A stretch of 64,000 bases of DNA from Eledone cirrhosa. Taxonomy: Eukaryota. Location of the stretch: contig OZ024742.1 in NCBI GenBank assembly GCA_964016885.1, positions 10,664,001 through 10,728,000 of the forward strand, in the 5' to 3' direction. Below the pieces are notes generated by a model that saw only the letters and a list, made by a program, of their open reading frames with translations, ran no database searches and had not been told where the DNA came from. The position numbers were made by a program, and so were the translations under genes. This document shows, piece after piece, positions 26,561-39,667 of this stretch; within the stretch, counting starts at the first letter, position 1; the number at the start of each line of letters is the position of its first letter.

Positions 26561-27622
26561 ATGTGATATATATATGTGTGTATGCGTCTAAATTTGTGTG
26601 TTTGTATGTTTATATATGTGTGTATGCGTCATTTGTATGTGTTTATAAGTGTATGTGTATGCATGTGTATACATATGCATGTATATGTGTCTGTATTTGT
26701 GTATGTGTTTGTATGTATTTGTGTATGTGTCTGTATTATATAAAAAAGTCTGTTTATTTTTCTATTCACTAATTTCCAGCCGTAATTTTGTAATCAGTGA
26801 TTAGTTCATTCTAATTGTTTCTTTTGAAAAATTTCAAAATCCACGTGTAGGGTGGAGGGCGCAGTGGAATGGTGGTGGTGGTGGTGGTGTGGTAGCATGG
26901 TGGTGGTGTAGGAGTATTGGCGTGGTGGTGTGGGCAGGTGACTGTAGTGTGGTGGTGGTGGTGTGGGCAGGTGGTTGTAGTGTAGTGTGGTGGTGGTGGT
27001 GGTGGTGGGGTAGGTGGCTGTAGAGTGAGACTTTACTAATTTGAAATAATCCGTCGATTTAATTGGATTTTATTTCATTTCCTTTTAAATCTTTTTTTTT
27101 GTGTTGTGGTTGGGGTGAGGGTTAGAGGTGACTGTGGGAGATTTAGGGGGAGATTAGTGGACTCAATAAAAGCATTAATTAGTACATTTACATCACAATA
27201 GAATCCGAGACTTGTTGTGACATTCATGCCTTTCCTAAAGACATTAATGAATGAAATAATTTCTGAGAGAAATCAAAACCCAGGATTATACTCAGATGAT
27301 ATTAACAACTTCAATATAAAGTACCAGTTACGCACTGGAGTTGATGTAATGTGGGAGGGGGGAGAAAAAGTTGATTACATCAACCCCAGTATTTGACTGG
27401 TACTTTACCTTATTGAACTCTGGAGTGATGAAAGGTAAAGTTGACCTCAGCAGGATTTCAATTTAGAATGTAATGAGTTTGTAGAAAGACCGCAAATATA
27501 TATATATACCAAAACATTCCTCATAGCTAAACCACCAATCAAAACATAAACTGACCACCATGTGAATGTGAAACATTACAGACATTTCTATGCTTTATAT
27601 GTTCTGTCATTACCACAGCAAA

Positions 27623-27707
27623 GGTCTGACGAGCTTTTGATTCCAGAGTCAGGCCAGATCAATACAGATCGAACCTTGTGCTGATCAATAGTGAAATGCA
27701 CGTCACC
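27623..27707 (+). ncRNA. Long-stem-II type I hammerhead motif
   Basis: ggt-CTGACGA-gcttttgat...gagtcagg...ccttgtgctg-atcaatagt-GAAA-tgcac-GTC-acc. Confidence 0.65.
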
Positions 27708-28239
27708 AAACAATAAACGTAATGAAGGCTTAACAAATTGTCTTTGTATTATTATGTATATATATATGTGGTTGGCGTTAGGAAGCGCATCTAACTGTAA
27801 AAAACCTGCCAGAGATGCTTCCGTGTGAGTGAGACATGGTCTCTCGACCATTCCCGCATCAAATGGAACAAAACCGTCCAACCCATGTTAGCGTGGAAGA
27901 TGGACGTTAAACAATGATGATGATATATATATAATTTTTTTTTTTTTAAATAACACATTCAGCTTTATACACCTTACCAAAAATAATAGTGGATTATTCC
28001 ATTCTAAAGATATCCATATAACTCTAGAACTAAATATATTATAGGCAGTGAATTGGTAGTTCTTTAGAACATCAAATACAATATTTTACTATATTTGTTC
28101 CAGCTCTCAGCAATCTGAGTTAATAACCTATAAAGGTCAACATTGACTTTTATACATTTAAGGTTGATAAAAGGTAGCAGTCCTGAGTTTATTTGGAAAT
28201 TTATTTAAGTCAAACTGTTCACAACAATGGTTTCTGATT

Positions 28240-28430
28240 TAGGCACAAGGCCAGCAATTTAAAGGGGAGGGGGAAGTCAATTATATCAACTCCAGTGCAT
28301 TACTAGTACTTTTTTTTATCAACCCTGTAAGGATGAAAGGCAAAGGTAACCTCAGCATCGTTTGAAATCAGAACGTAAAGGGATGTAACTCTATGCCATG
28401 AAGCACGGTGTCTGACACTCTACCGACAAT
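28240..28430 (-). mobile_element. tRNA-derived SINE (same family as 3735-3910)
   Basis: ggcacaaggccagcaat...aaggatgaaaggcaaag...ctctaccga. Confidence 0.75.
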
Positions 28431-28547
28431 AATGTCTATTAATTTTGCATGCAGAACCTTTTATTGTTGTTGTTTTAGCTGTTTTTGTTGTTTTAACTAA
28501 TTTCTTTACTGAAAACTAATTAAAATCTATTTTTTGTTTTATTTCAG

Positions 28548-28607
28548 GTAAGTCACAACATTTCTGAATTCTCACCTGAACAAGTGTTACCATGGAGATG
28601 AAACCAG
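28548..28607 (+). other. Candidate 60-nt exon beginning at a recursive-splice-type AG|GTAAGT junction
   Basis: Branch-like actaat motifs and a T-rich tract precede tttcag|gtaagt. Downstream donor ccag|gtaaac. Contains accATGgagatgaaaccag. Confidence 0.45.
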
Positions 28608-28927
28608 GTAAACAAAGTACAGGAATATATATACATATGTATATATTGGTTTGTTAAATATAGCAGAAAGGTACTCCAGTAAGTATGGTTTATATATCAG
28701 CCTGGAGAGGAATGGGTTCCCCAATCCCCAGGTTTAAATAGACTCAAGTAATGATAGCTCCCCTATGACTCCACCAGAATTTAAGGGCCTCCAATATTCT
28801 ATGGATTCTGCTAAAGTGTCTATGACTCTTGAGGTTGTGGGTATATATATATATATATATGATTGTGTGTGTGTGTGTGTATATATATATATGTGTGTGT
28901 ATGTATATATATATATATATATATATA

Positions 28928-30222
28928 CAGGGTGCGGACGGTATCTGTTCGCAAGATTACTGTCTAGGAAATAATAAGACAGTAGTTTTATTTTTTAAGA
29001 TATATTTATCAAACTTGGGTCAGTTTGTCTTCATGACTTGTTCTTTTGATCTCACTCAATAAACCCGCCTTTGGCTTTGATGACGGCCTCGGTACCAGCT
29101 ACAGGCCTTCGTCACTGTCCCCCGACTTAGGCCCCTAAAGGCACTTGTGATCCTGGCCTTCAGATCGTCTTTCGTATTGCAGCTAGATCTGTTGGTGTCT
29201 CATTCCACTGCGCCCCACAGAAAGAAGTCAAGGTGGTTGTAGTCAGGCGAGCTGGGAGGCCAGATATCAGGTGAAGTGTGGTCGACAAAGTTCTCTGACA
29301 GCCAGGCTTGGGTCTTTCGGCTGGAATGGCAGGGCGCTGAGTCTTGCTTCCACATGTACGGCCTACCTGCAGCTACCTGATCGATCCAGGGCTTTACTAC
29401 CTCGCTCAGAACGCGGATGTAGCCATAAGTGTCCAGCTTGAGGCCATCAGGGAAGTAGTGAGGTGGCATGACGTCACCTTGACTGCTGACGACAACTAAG
29501 ACCAATGTTGTTGTTGGAAACTTTGTCTGCATGACTCTGGGCACGTCTTTGGATAAGACAGCGAGCCACCTGTTGTTCTGGGAGTTGTTCTTCTGGTCTT
29601 GGCAGAAGTTTTTCTCGTCGGAGAAAAACCACAGCATGTCTGGCTCCAGTGGGTGTTTCAACTTGTTTATCAGCTTCTTTGCATGCTTCAGTCGTTTTTC
29701 TTGCATCGCCTTTGATGGAAATTGTCCTTTCCTCATCTTGTATGGAACGTAGCAAATGTCTTCATGTACCACCAGCCTAATGAGCTTTTCATCCATGCCT
29801 TTCTCCCTTGCAATGGCACGCATCGACTTGCTAGGTTCATTGTTGATGATATCCTGAACTTCAGTAACAAACTCGGGCGTTCTGAAGGCGTCAGATCATC
29901 GATCATGTGTTTTCCTCTCTGATGTTGCTTCGTAGTCGAATCCTGAATCTTCCAATTCCTTTCTGACCCTTTCCACCATTCTCCTGCTGATGCCGAGAAA
30001 GTCTGAAATTTCTTTATTTGTCCTCCCGGCGCGGATTCCAAGAAGAACTCCGTGTCTCTTCCACAAATTTGGAGATTCAAAATTATTCATAATCAATTAT
30101 TCTGAAAATAAATAATGGAAATATAGTCACTGTTTTTATGAAGACAAGAGTGACAACAGAAGTAAAAAAATTTGCATAAAATTAGCAGTTGAAAATTGCA
30201 AACAAATATCGTCCACACCCTG
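28928..30222 (-). mobile_element. Tc1/mariner superfamily, maT (DD37D) transposon, full-length but disrupted
   Basis: Imperfect TIRs cagggtgcggacggtatctgttcgcaa / ttgcaaacaaatatcgtccacaccctg flanked by TA. Transposase FSDEK...QDSAPCH...SPDYNHLD has 37 residues between the 2nd and 3rd Asp. Confidence 0.93.
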
Positions 30223-30971
30223 TATATATCATCATCATTTTACATCCATTCTTCCACGCTTGCATGGGTTAGACAGGTTGTCCTGTTGTGGGCAATGTCA
30301 GGTCAGTGTCTTGCTCATACAGAACTGATTTTGACTTGATTTCTACAGCTGGATGCCCTTCCTAACACCAACCTCATTTACAGTAAGTACTGGGTGCTAT
30401 TTTACCGTGGCGCCTATATGACCACTTTATGTGTGTGTGTGTGTGTGTGTGAAGAGCATCCAGCAGCAGAAAGCTTGCCATTGGTAGGACAGGAGACTGT
30501 ACAGATCCCTGGCTAGTCTGGGAGATCTGTAGCCACTGGTTCAGTTCTGACTTACTCTATGTAGACCCATCCAACCCTTGTTATTAGGTAAAGCAGACAT
30601 TAAAATGATGATGATATATAAGTGGTTCACAAACTATTCACTACAAAGGACCCTAATTATTTCAATATTTTCCACGTACCTCAGGTACTGGCAATGTCAG
30701 TCTACTCCAAATGTTTATAAGCAGTACTACTTTTACAGACACCCCGCAGGGTTTTCTGGATGTCGAGTTGGTAACCACTAACATATAGCTTGCTATATAT
30801 GATAGACTAGCAAGTATTATATGTATATAATAAGTTGTCGACAGATAAGAGAAAAAGCGGATTATACAATGACAAGAAAATAATTGATGGATTAAGCCAT
30901 AATACCAACTAAGACAACATGATGAGACACTTTTTAACAAAAGAAAGCTATTTACAGACTCAGGGGATGTA

Positions 30972-31027
<56 letters not shown>

Positions 31028-31079
31028 AAAAAGTATGACCCCGACGGCAGAGCTCAAGCCATTTCGACGGCTATTTCTG

Positions 31080-31129
<50 letters not shown>

Positions 31130-31190
31130 TCACACATGCACATATATATATATATTTACACACATATATATATACATATAGACTCACACA

Positions 31191-31231
<41 letters not shown>

Positions 31232-31269
31232 GAATGCATGTATGTTAGTATATATATATATATATATCA

Positions 31270-31624
31270 ACCAGTAGGCATCTCTAACAAAATACACCCC
31301 ATCCCACAACCCCCACCCCCACCCCATCCACACCACCCCGTCCTATGTAAAGTTATGTTGGTGCCGCGCCATCCAGGCCGAAACAAATGAGATCGTGTAG
31401 GTGTCACGACAAAAAAACACACAGTTCACGCTGTAATGTGGCCGTGTAGGCAACACGGTAAAAACCTCCCAGACCCACACTGTAAATGTGGTTGGTGTTA
31501 GGAAGGGCATCCAACTGTAGAAAACCTGCCAGACAGTCCTATGCGAGCAAGACAATCACTCTTGCCTCAAGTGGGACTACCCCCGTCCAAACCCATGCAA
31601 GCGTGGAACACGGACGTTAAACGT

Positions 31625-31661
<37 letters not shown>
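31270..31661 (+). mobile_element. RTE subfamily B 3'UTR fragment
   Basis: Nearly identical to 38111-38476; (GAT)n tail. Confidence 0.88.
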
Positions 31662-31691
31662 ATATACACACATACATTGGAAATATACACA

Positions 31692-34322
31692 CGAACCTGG
31701 AAACAGAGGCCAACCTGGAGCGAACCTGGAAACAGAGGCCAACCTGGAGAAGAAAGATCTGGAAGCTGAAAGACCCCTCAACCATTAACAGATTTAAAGA
31801 TATTTTACTCAACGCCTACGACAGTAAAGAAGAACAGATAGAGACATTCAATGTAGAAGAGAACAGGGAGTTCCTAAAAAATAACTTACTAGAGGCGACG
31901 GATGAGGTCTGTAGCTGGAGTAAGACCACAAGCAGGAGGAGAGTGACTTGGTGGTGGAACAATAAGGTAGATGAGGCAGTTAAGACCAAGAGACAGGCAT
32001 GGAAAGAATGGAAGAACGGGGGGAGCAGGGTTCATTACATAGAGACCAAGAGCGAAGCTAGGCGACAAGTATACTTAGCTAGGAGGGAAGCAGAGGATAG
32101 AAAATTCAAGCATGTTTTACAACGTGAGGACCAGAAACAGGAGGTATTCAAGATTGCGAGGCAGTGTGTCGGTGAGAATTGTGATGTCATTGGAGAGAAG
32201 TGTATCTGGAATGATAAAGGTGAGCTTGCCCTCACAAGTGCTGAGAAGAAAGATGCGTGGAAGAGTCATTATGATAGATTACTAAATGAGGAGAATGCAT
32301 GGGAAGAAGAGACCCTACCCCAAGTAGACCCTATAGAGGGACCAGCAGTACAAGTCAGCAGCAGAGTAGTAAGTAAGGCAATCAAAGATATGAAGATGGG
32401 GAAGGCAACCAGTCCATCGGGTATAGCTGCCGAGATGCTGGAGGCATCTGGGTTGTAGGTCACACTATAACCACACACATTGTTAACCAGGTAATACTAG
32501 AAGATGTCATACTAAAAGATTGGTGCAGTAGCATCATTGTCAACTGCTACAAAGGTAAAGGTGATGCACTAGATAGAGAAATCTATAGAGGTATAAAGCT
32601 GATGGACCAGGTCATGAAAGTAACAGAAAGAGTTATAGCACAGTTGATTAGGGACCGGGTGAAACTAGATGAGATGCAATTTGGGTTTGTACCAAGAAGA
32701 GGCACCATTGATGCCCTCTTCCTTGTGAGGCAGTTACAGGAAAAGTACCTAGCTAAAAGTAAGCCACTCTACCTGGCATTTGTCGACCTTGAGAAAGCCT
32801 TTGACAGAGTTCCACGTGCTGTAATCTGGTGGGCTCTTAGAAAACTAGGAGTAGATGAATAGCTTGTGAAAGCGGTACAAGCCATGTATAGGGGAGCAGT
32901 CAGCAAAGTTAGGATTAGCAATGAGTATAGCGAGGAATTTAGCATACAGGTTGGGATCCACCAGGGCTCTGTTCTTAGCCCCCTCCTGTTCATCATAGTC
33001 CTGCAGGCAATAACGGAGAAGTTTAAGACCGGATGCCCATGGGAACTCCTGTATGCATGACCTCGCACTTATAGCTGAATCTATGGTAGAACTAGAGAAG
33101 AAATTCCAAACTTGGAAGCAGGGACTAGAAAGAAAGGGTCTCAAAGTCAACATGACAAAGACTAAGGTCCTTGTAAGTAGACGAGAAAACAGAACCCAGA
33201 TCCCCTCAGGGAAATGGCCTTGCTCAGCATGTAGGAAAGGTGTAGGTAGGAACTCCATTCTCTGCCCCAAATGCAAACAATGGGTACACAAGAGATGTAG
33301 CGGGATCTCAGGAAGCTTAATTAAGAATGTAGGCTTCACATGCAGCAGCTGTGCTGGGACAGCAAGCAGCAAACAGCCACAGGAAACAAGTACCACCAAT
33401 CTCTGGGAGGGCTCTGTAGAAAAAGTAGACAGCTTCTGCTACCTAGGTGACCGAATTAGCAGCAGAGGTGGGTGTTTAGAAATTACAATAACTAGGGTAA
33501 GAACGGGATGGAAGAAGTTTAGGGAACTACTACCACTGCTAGCTGCAAAAGGCTTCTCCATCAAAATGAAAGGCAGACTGTATGATGCGTGTATCCGAAC
33601 AGCGATGTTGCATGATAGTGATAGTGAGACCTGGGCGCTGAAGGTGAAAGACTTACGTAGATTAGAGAGAAACGAAGCCTGCATGCTCCGATGGATGTGT
33701 AATAGTAATATACGCGAACGACAAAGCATAAATGAATTGAGAGAGAGACTGAGCATAAGAGGAATCAAATGCTGTGTGCAGGAGAGGTGGTTGCGTTGGT
33801 ATGGACATGTGATGTGTATGAAGGATGACAGTTACATAAAAAGGTGCAGGGCACTAGAAGTCGATGGAAACCGCGGAGTGGGGAGACCCAAGATGACCTG
33901 GGATGAGGTGATAAAAGCCGACCTTACCTAATTACACCTCTCAAAGGCGATGACACATGACCGTGTCCTCTGGCGTCACGCAGTAATACAGAGTACCCAA
34001 CCTCCCATGGGTACAAGCTGAAGCATATAGACAATATGCCCCCACACCCCCCATTGCAAGGTGGTCGTGGAGGTGCCACGGCAAAAAAGCACCCAGCCCA
34101 CACTGTAAAGTGGACGTGTTGGCGCCACGAAAAAGCACCCAGCACTCACTGTAAATGAGGTTGGTGTTAGGAAGGGCATCCAGCTGTAGAAATCAAGCCA
34201 AATCAGTTCTCATATGAGCAAGGCATGGTCAGCCGACCAGACACTGCCCACAACAGGACAACCCGTCTAACCGATGCTAGCTTGGAAGAACGGACGTAAA
34301 ATAGTGATGATGATGATGATGA
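31692..34322 (+). mobile_element. 5'-truncated RTE LINE (subfamily A), inactivated
   Basis: Collinear with 22335-24938. Stops at 32456 and 32860, frameshift in YADD (~33057), intact PHD-like insert, (GAT)n tail. Confidence 0.96.
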
Positions 34323-34606
34323 CACATTATATAAAAATAACCATGGTTAACTTACATTAAATTATTTAATTTATTTATCAATGTTTCTATCAATACAGTA
34401 AGAAATTCCATTTTTTCCTCTGTACAGATTTCCTCAGAATCTATTAAACATCATAAATAATATAATTATTTACCAACCACATATCCAAACGACTTTATTT
34501 TGAAAATGTAAACAAATGTATAATACAGTTGGGAAAACAAAACTTTATGGAAGACTAAACACAATTTAAAGTTTATTCGTGGTGCAATATAACAAGAAGT
34601 ATATTT

Positions 34607-35809
34607 ACGATGGTCCTTACGGTGACCAAGATACTCTCCTGGAATGTGGCCAAATGAGGTTTATTTTTCAACATAGTCCCCCTTGCAGTCTCACACTTCT
34701 TCCATTGGGTTGCACTGCTCGGATCCCATTAGTGATAAAGATTTCATCCTGTTGGTAAAAAAAGTCATCAACAGAAGATATGATGTTTTATTACTGTGAT
34801 ACTAATACTCTACCAAGTCTTTTTCATGTTAGGGAACACTTGATAACCAAATGGGGCCAAATCAGGAGAATAGGGACGGTGATAAACCAGTTCAAAGCGA
34901 CAGCCACACAGCAGACAGATGAAAGAAGACCCCTTTCATCAGTTTTCCTAAGAAGTTGGTCTTGATAGTCTTTTCTAATTGCCTCAGTAATTTGGCATAG
35001 AATATGTCATTGATGGTATGGCTCTTTTGAAGATAGTCAATTAACACAATGCTTTTTGTATCACAAAATCTGAAGACATCACCTTCCCTGCAAAGGAAAC
35101 AAGCTTAGCCTACTTTAGAACAAGTGAGGTGGGGTGTTTCCAATGGTTGGTTTGTCTCTGCCTCAAAGTGATGAACCCAACACTCAGCTTGGTTTAGGAA
35201 ACGTTCAAGCTAACCAACTGAATGTGTCTCAAATAATGTCAGATTTTCCCTGTAATGTGATCAGCATGGTGCGCTATTGATCAGGTGGTAGAAGATGCGA
35301 CAGTCACCAAACAGAGGCCTTTATCATTCCAAGTTCTCTATGTAGAATATTCTCAACTCTCTCATGCGATATGTTAATCGCATTGGTTATTTGATTTATA
35401 GTCAATCGCCTGTCATCCATCACTATGTGATGAACATGATAAATGTTTTGCTTGGTGGTGGTAGTTGCAGGATGTCCAGACTTTGGGTCATCTTCAAGAC
35501 TCTCTCTTCCTAAATTCACCTGCCCACTTTTGCATTCTTGACAAAGCTGGAGCATCATCTCTTAATGTAGAAACCATGTCAGCATGAATGTCTTTAGCGG
35601 CTAAGCCCTTTTCCTGCACGTACATGCTAACACCCTGAAACCAAATTTTGTCAATTTTCAAAAGAAATCACTACTAGTTACTTTTGATCTCAGTTTACCT
35701 GGAAGGAAACAGTGTAGTTATTGATAAGAAGAGTTGAAATTAATGCATGCAAAATTTCACAGCTCTAGCATCATTCTGTTATAGCCAGTCTATGAATTTT
35801 TCAGCCTAC

Positions 35810-35812
<3 letters not shown>
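34607..35812 (-). mobile_element. Degenerate mariner transposon
   Basis: ORF 35304-35558 GRESLEDDPKSGHP...DDRRLTINQITNAINISHERVENILHRELGM..W is the mariner HTH region just before the WVPxxL linker. Length ~1.2 kb. Confidence 0.85.
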
Positions 35813-35850
<38 letters not shown>

Positions 35851-35891
35851 TTCAAAATATTAACAAAAATAGACATTCGTGTGATCAAGTA

Positions 35892-35958
35892 TATTTTATT
35901 ATACATATTTCAGAGGTACTGAGCTATCTTCAACAATACGTCCTCATCAGATAAAATA
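35892..35958 (-). ncRNA. Type I hammerhead ribozyme motif
   Basis: tattttat-CTGATGA-gga.gtattg(loop)cagtac.tct-GAAA-tatgta-TA-ataaaata; 8-bp stem I. Confidence 0.7.
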
Positions 35959-37653
35959 AGATGATGCATGACATACCCTGACTAAGTAGATGGTTAAAAT
36001 TCAGTCATGGCAGTGAATAAGATATGACAAAACTCAATATTTATATACCTTAAGATTGAGACATGAACAAATTACATATAATACAGAGGGTGCGTGTGAG
36101 AAAGCTTATAAAGATACATAATAATAAACAACTACTAATATAATATAAACTTACATAACTGTTAGAGATTCAAATAATTTAAATTATTGAAGAAAAAAGA
36201 AAGACAGAGAGAGAAACAGATGAGGAAAAAGAGAGTGACTAGAAGTATAGAAATATCTTATGCACGAAAGCAAAAGAAAATTGATTAAGGATAGAGAGAC
36301 GAGGAAAAAATAATTTTTATAGTATAAAGCATAGGGAGGGAGATTTGCATAGTCGTGGATAAATAGCGTATAATTAGATGATGCAACAATATATATAAAT
36401 AAATATATATTTGGGCATAGCTTTGTGAATGAATAATTTTGAATCGTTAAATTATCTAGAAATAATCAATCAATCAAAATATCAAATATATCTGGGTGTA
36501 GTTATATGACGGTTTATTTTCGAGTCCTTAAGTTAATTAGAAATAGTTTATTAATCAATTATATATATCTCAGCGTATCCGTATGACCGTTAAATTTCGA
36601 ATCTTTATGTTAGTTAGAAATAGTGAATTAATCTAAGGGCTTAATATTTCAGGCTATAAAATTTATAAGTATTTATATTATAGTATAATATCATATTTAA
36701 AATATTTGCAAACATGAGAAAGAAGAGACTTAATATGTTCTTCATCCCGAAGGTAATCCATATTAAATTATATTAAAATTTTTTTTTTATATATTAAAGA
36801 GATTTTATATTAAAAAATAATCATTATATAATTTAGAAAATAATTACAATTAGAAATTTAAAAATTAAAAATTAGAATGCCCTTAAGTGTCCAAAGGCCA
36901 TATAAGTATACTTAAAAAGGATATTATTAAACTAGGTGGATTGGCAGTATCGGTAGAGGGTCGGACGCCATGCTTTCCAGCAATTACCCAGTGCATTACT
37001 GGTACTTTATTTTATCGACCCCGTAAGGATGAAAGGCAAAGTCAACCTCGGCGGGAATTGAACTCAGATCGTAAAGGGACGTACACTATAATATAGATGT
37101 GTGTATATCTGTGTGTGCAGCAATTTCCTGAGCAGATTTCATCAACTCAAGAATCGTGATGTGTGGTACTGAAATAATTCCCCCTTTGCTCAGTTACTTT
37201 ATAAAACAGATTACAACCAAGAAGAAGAAGGAGGTTATAATATTCACTTAATCACATCTTTTGTCTATAAAATTGCCTATGTTTACTATAATGACCATTC
37301 TTTTTCTTCTCATGAATCTTTAATTATAACTGTATCTATTGATATAGAATACGAGTAGGGGTGGTGCTGTAATACTGTAAAGGAATTGGCTTGGCTTTTA
37401 TAGAATTGACTCTGTGCGTGACGCATTTTTGATTTCTAACTCAAGTTAGAGTTCATTTCAATTATCCTGCTTAGACACACAGATACATGTGTGTGTATAT
37501 ATGTCTGTGTATATGTGTGTGTGGGGTGTGTGTGTGTGTCTACTTACATATATATATATATGTGTGTGTGTGTGTGCCCATACATGCATATATATATATA
37601 TGCATACACATACACACACACAAAAATACTCTGACGCAAGTCTACATGCTAAA

Positions 37654-37745
37654 GCATATCTGAGGAGCTTCCAATTCCAGAGTCAGATTCGATCATTAAT
37701 CGACCATTCCTTGAGCTGATCGACAGTGAAACATATGTAATATGT
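37654..37745 (+). ncRNA. Long-stem-II type I hammerhead motif
   Basis: gcatat-CTGAGGA-gct...ccagagtcag...ccttgagctg...agt-GAAA-catatg-TA-atatgt. Palindromic stem III, GUA site. Confidence 0.75.
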
Positions 37746-37784
37746 AATTAAATATGTATATGATGCAACACTATTCTTTGTTCC

Positions 37785-38476
37785 CGTGAACGGCAAAGCA
37801 TAAACGAACTAAGGAAAAAAAAAAAATTAGAAATAAGAGGGATCAGATGTTGTTTACTCGAGAGAAGGCTACGTTGGTATGGTCACATGATGCGCATGAA
37901 AGTCGATAGCTGTATAACAAAGTGCAGGGCAATAAAGATAGACGGTAGCCACGGAATAGGCAGACCTAGAAAAACCTGGGACGAGCTGATAAACTCCGAC
38001 CTCACACACTTACACCTCTCCAAGACAATGTCACTGGACCGAGACCTTTGGCGGTACTCAGTAACAGAGAAGACCCGCCTTACCTAAATACATAGTAAAA
38101 CCTACTACAGCCAGTAGGCATCTCTAACAAAATACCCCCCCCCCCACCCCCACCCCATCCACACCACCCCGTTCTATGTAAAGTTATGTTGGTGCCACAC
38201 CATCCAGGCCGAAACAAATGAGATCGTGTAGGTGTCACGACAAAAAAACACACAGTCCACGCTGTAATGTGGCCATGTAGGCAACACGGTAAAAACCTCC
38301 CAGACCCACACTGTAAATGTGGTTGGTGTTAGGAAGGGCATCCAACTGTAGAAAACCTGCCAGACAGTCCTATGTGAGCAAGACAATCACTCTTGCCTCA
38401 AGTGGGACTACCCCCGTCCAAACCCATGCAAGCGTGGAACACGGACGTTAAACGTTGATGATGATGATGATGATGA
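37785..38476 (+). mobile_element. RTE subfamily B 3' fragment
   Basis: LRWYGHMMRM...GRPRKTWDELINSDLTHL, 3'UTR and (GAT)n. Confidence 0.92.
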
Positions 38477-39441
38477 TATATACACACACACACACACATG
38501 TATATATGCGTGTGTGTCTGTGTGCACACAAATATGTACTTATATTATCATCATTCTTTTTATGTCTGTTTTTCCACATTGGTTGGCCAGGTCTTTTTCG
38601 GCATAACGTCTCTCCATTTGTAGTGTTCCTTCATCATCTCCTCTGTGAGTTTCAGCCATTTTAGACCACCTCTGCCCAGGTCTTTCTTGATCTACCCCTA
38701 CTGCAGTTATATATATTTAAAAGTGTATATGAAAAGTTATATGAACATATACTATATGTTTATATATAACAAACATTAGTACTTTGTTACCAAAGAAAAA
38801 TACTTTTTCATAATGAAGTAATCTATTTTTCTTTATTTTCTGCTGTGAATACTTCACAGAGTTGCCATTATGTTTTGTGAATGTCAGACAGCACTGTTTC
38901 AAGATTGGTTAATATTTCTCAACCGATAATGGCATAGAAATAGACAAGAGGCTATACGGATTTTGGGTGATGAATATCTACTGGCGATGCGCATTTGCAT
39001 GTTTATATTTAATTAGCAGTAGCACTAAGTGTTTGAACATAAGAGAGGTGTATAGGAAACATATATAAACATGTACTATATGTTTATATATATAATAAAC
39101 ATAAAGGTTTTCATATACACCCCTCTTATGTCTAAACAAGCAAGGACAGTACCAATGGCTCTTTCTATGGTCTCTGAGACACAAATATATTGACTTCAGT
39201 ACATAACACTGACCTCGTTAGGATTTTAATTTAGATCTCAGAAAGCCAGAATAAATTCCTCTAGTTATTTTATCCTATGTTCTAATGATTATCACTCCCC
39301 CACTTATATGAGAGTGATTTGGCTGCTATTTCTGCATCAAGGCTATCTTAATTGTTCATTGCCTTACCTATAGTAAAATAGTGTATTGTCATTTCCACAG
39401 ATATATATATACATGCATACATAAATACACATACATACATA

Positions 39442-39542
39442 CCGGGTTTTTCCCCCAAATGTATACATACTTTGGTTACCTGTACAGGCAATATTTATTA
39501 GAGTGATGTTGAAGTGTGTATAGATTTTTTGGGGACACCCTC
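39442..39542. mobile_element. ~100-bp Tc1/mariner-type MITE
   Basis: Imperfect TIRs cgggtttttcccccaaatgtatacatactt / aagtgtgtatagattttttggggacaccct. Confidence 0.55.
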
Positions 39543-39667
39543 TCTCAATCTCTCTCTTTGAGTGGACTGCTGGATTTTTGAATCTACCAGTCTCTTTTTA
39601 GCGCTGAAGGAGACCATCACTAATCTATTAATGTCGATGTAATTCTCATATCGATATTATTTGGGCA

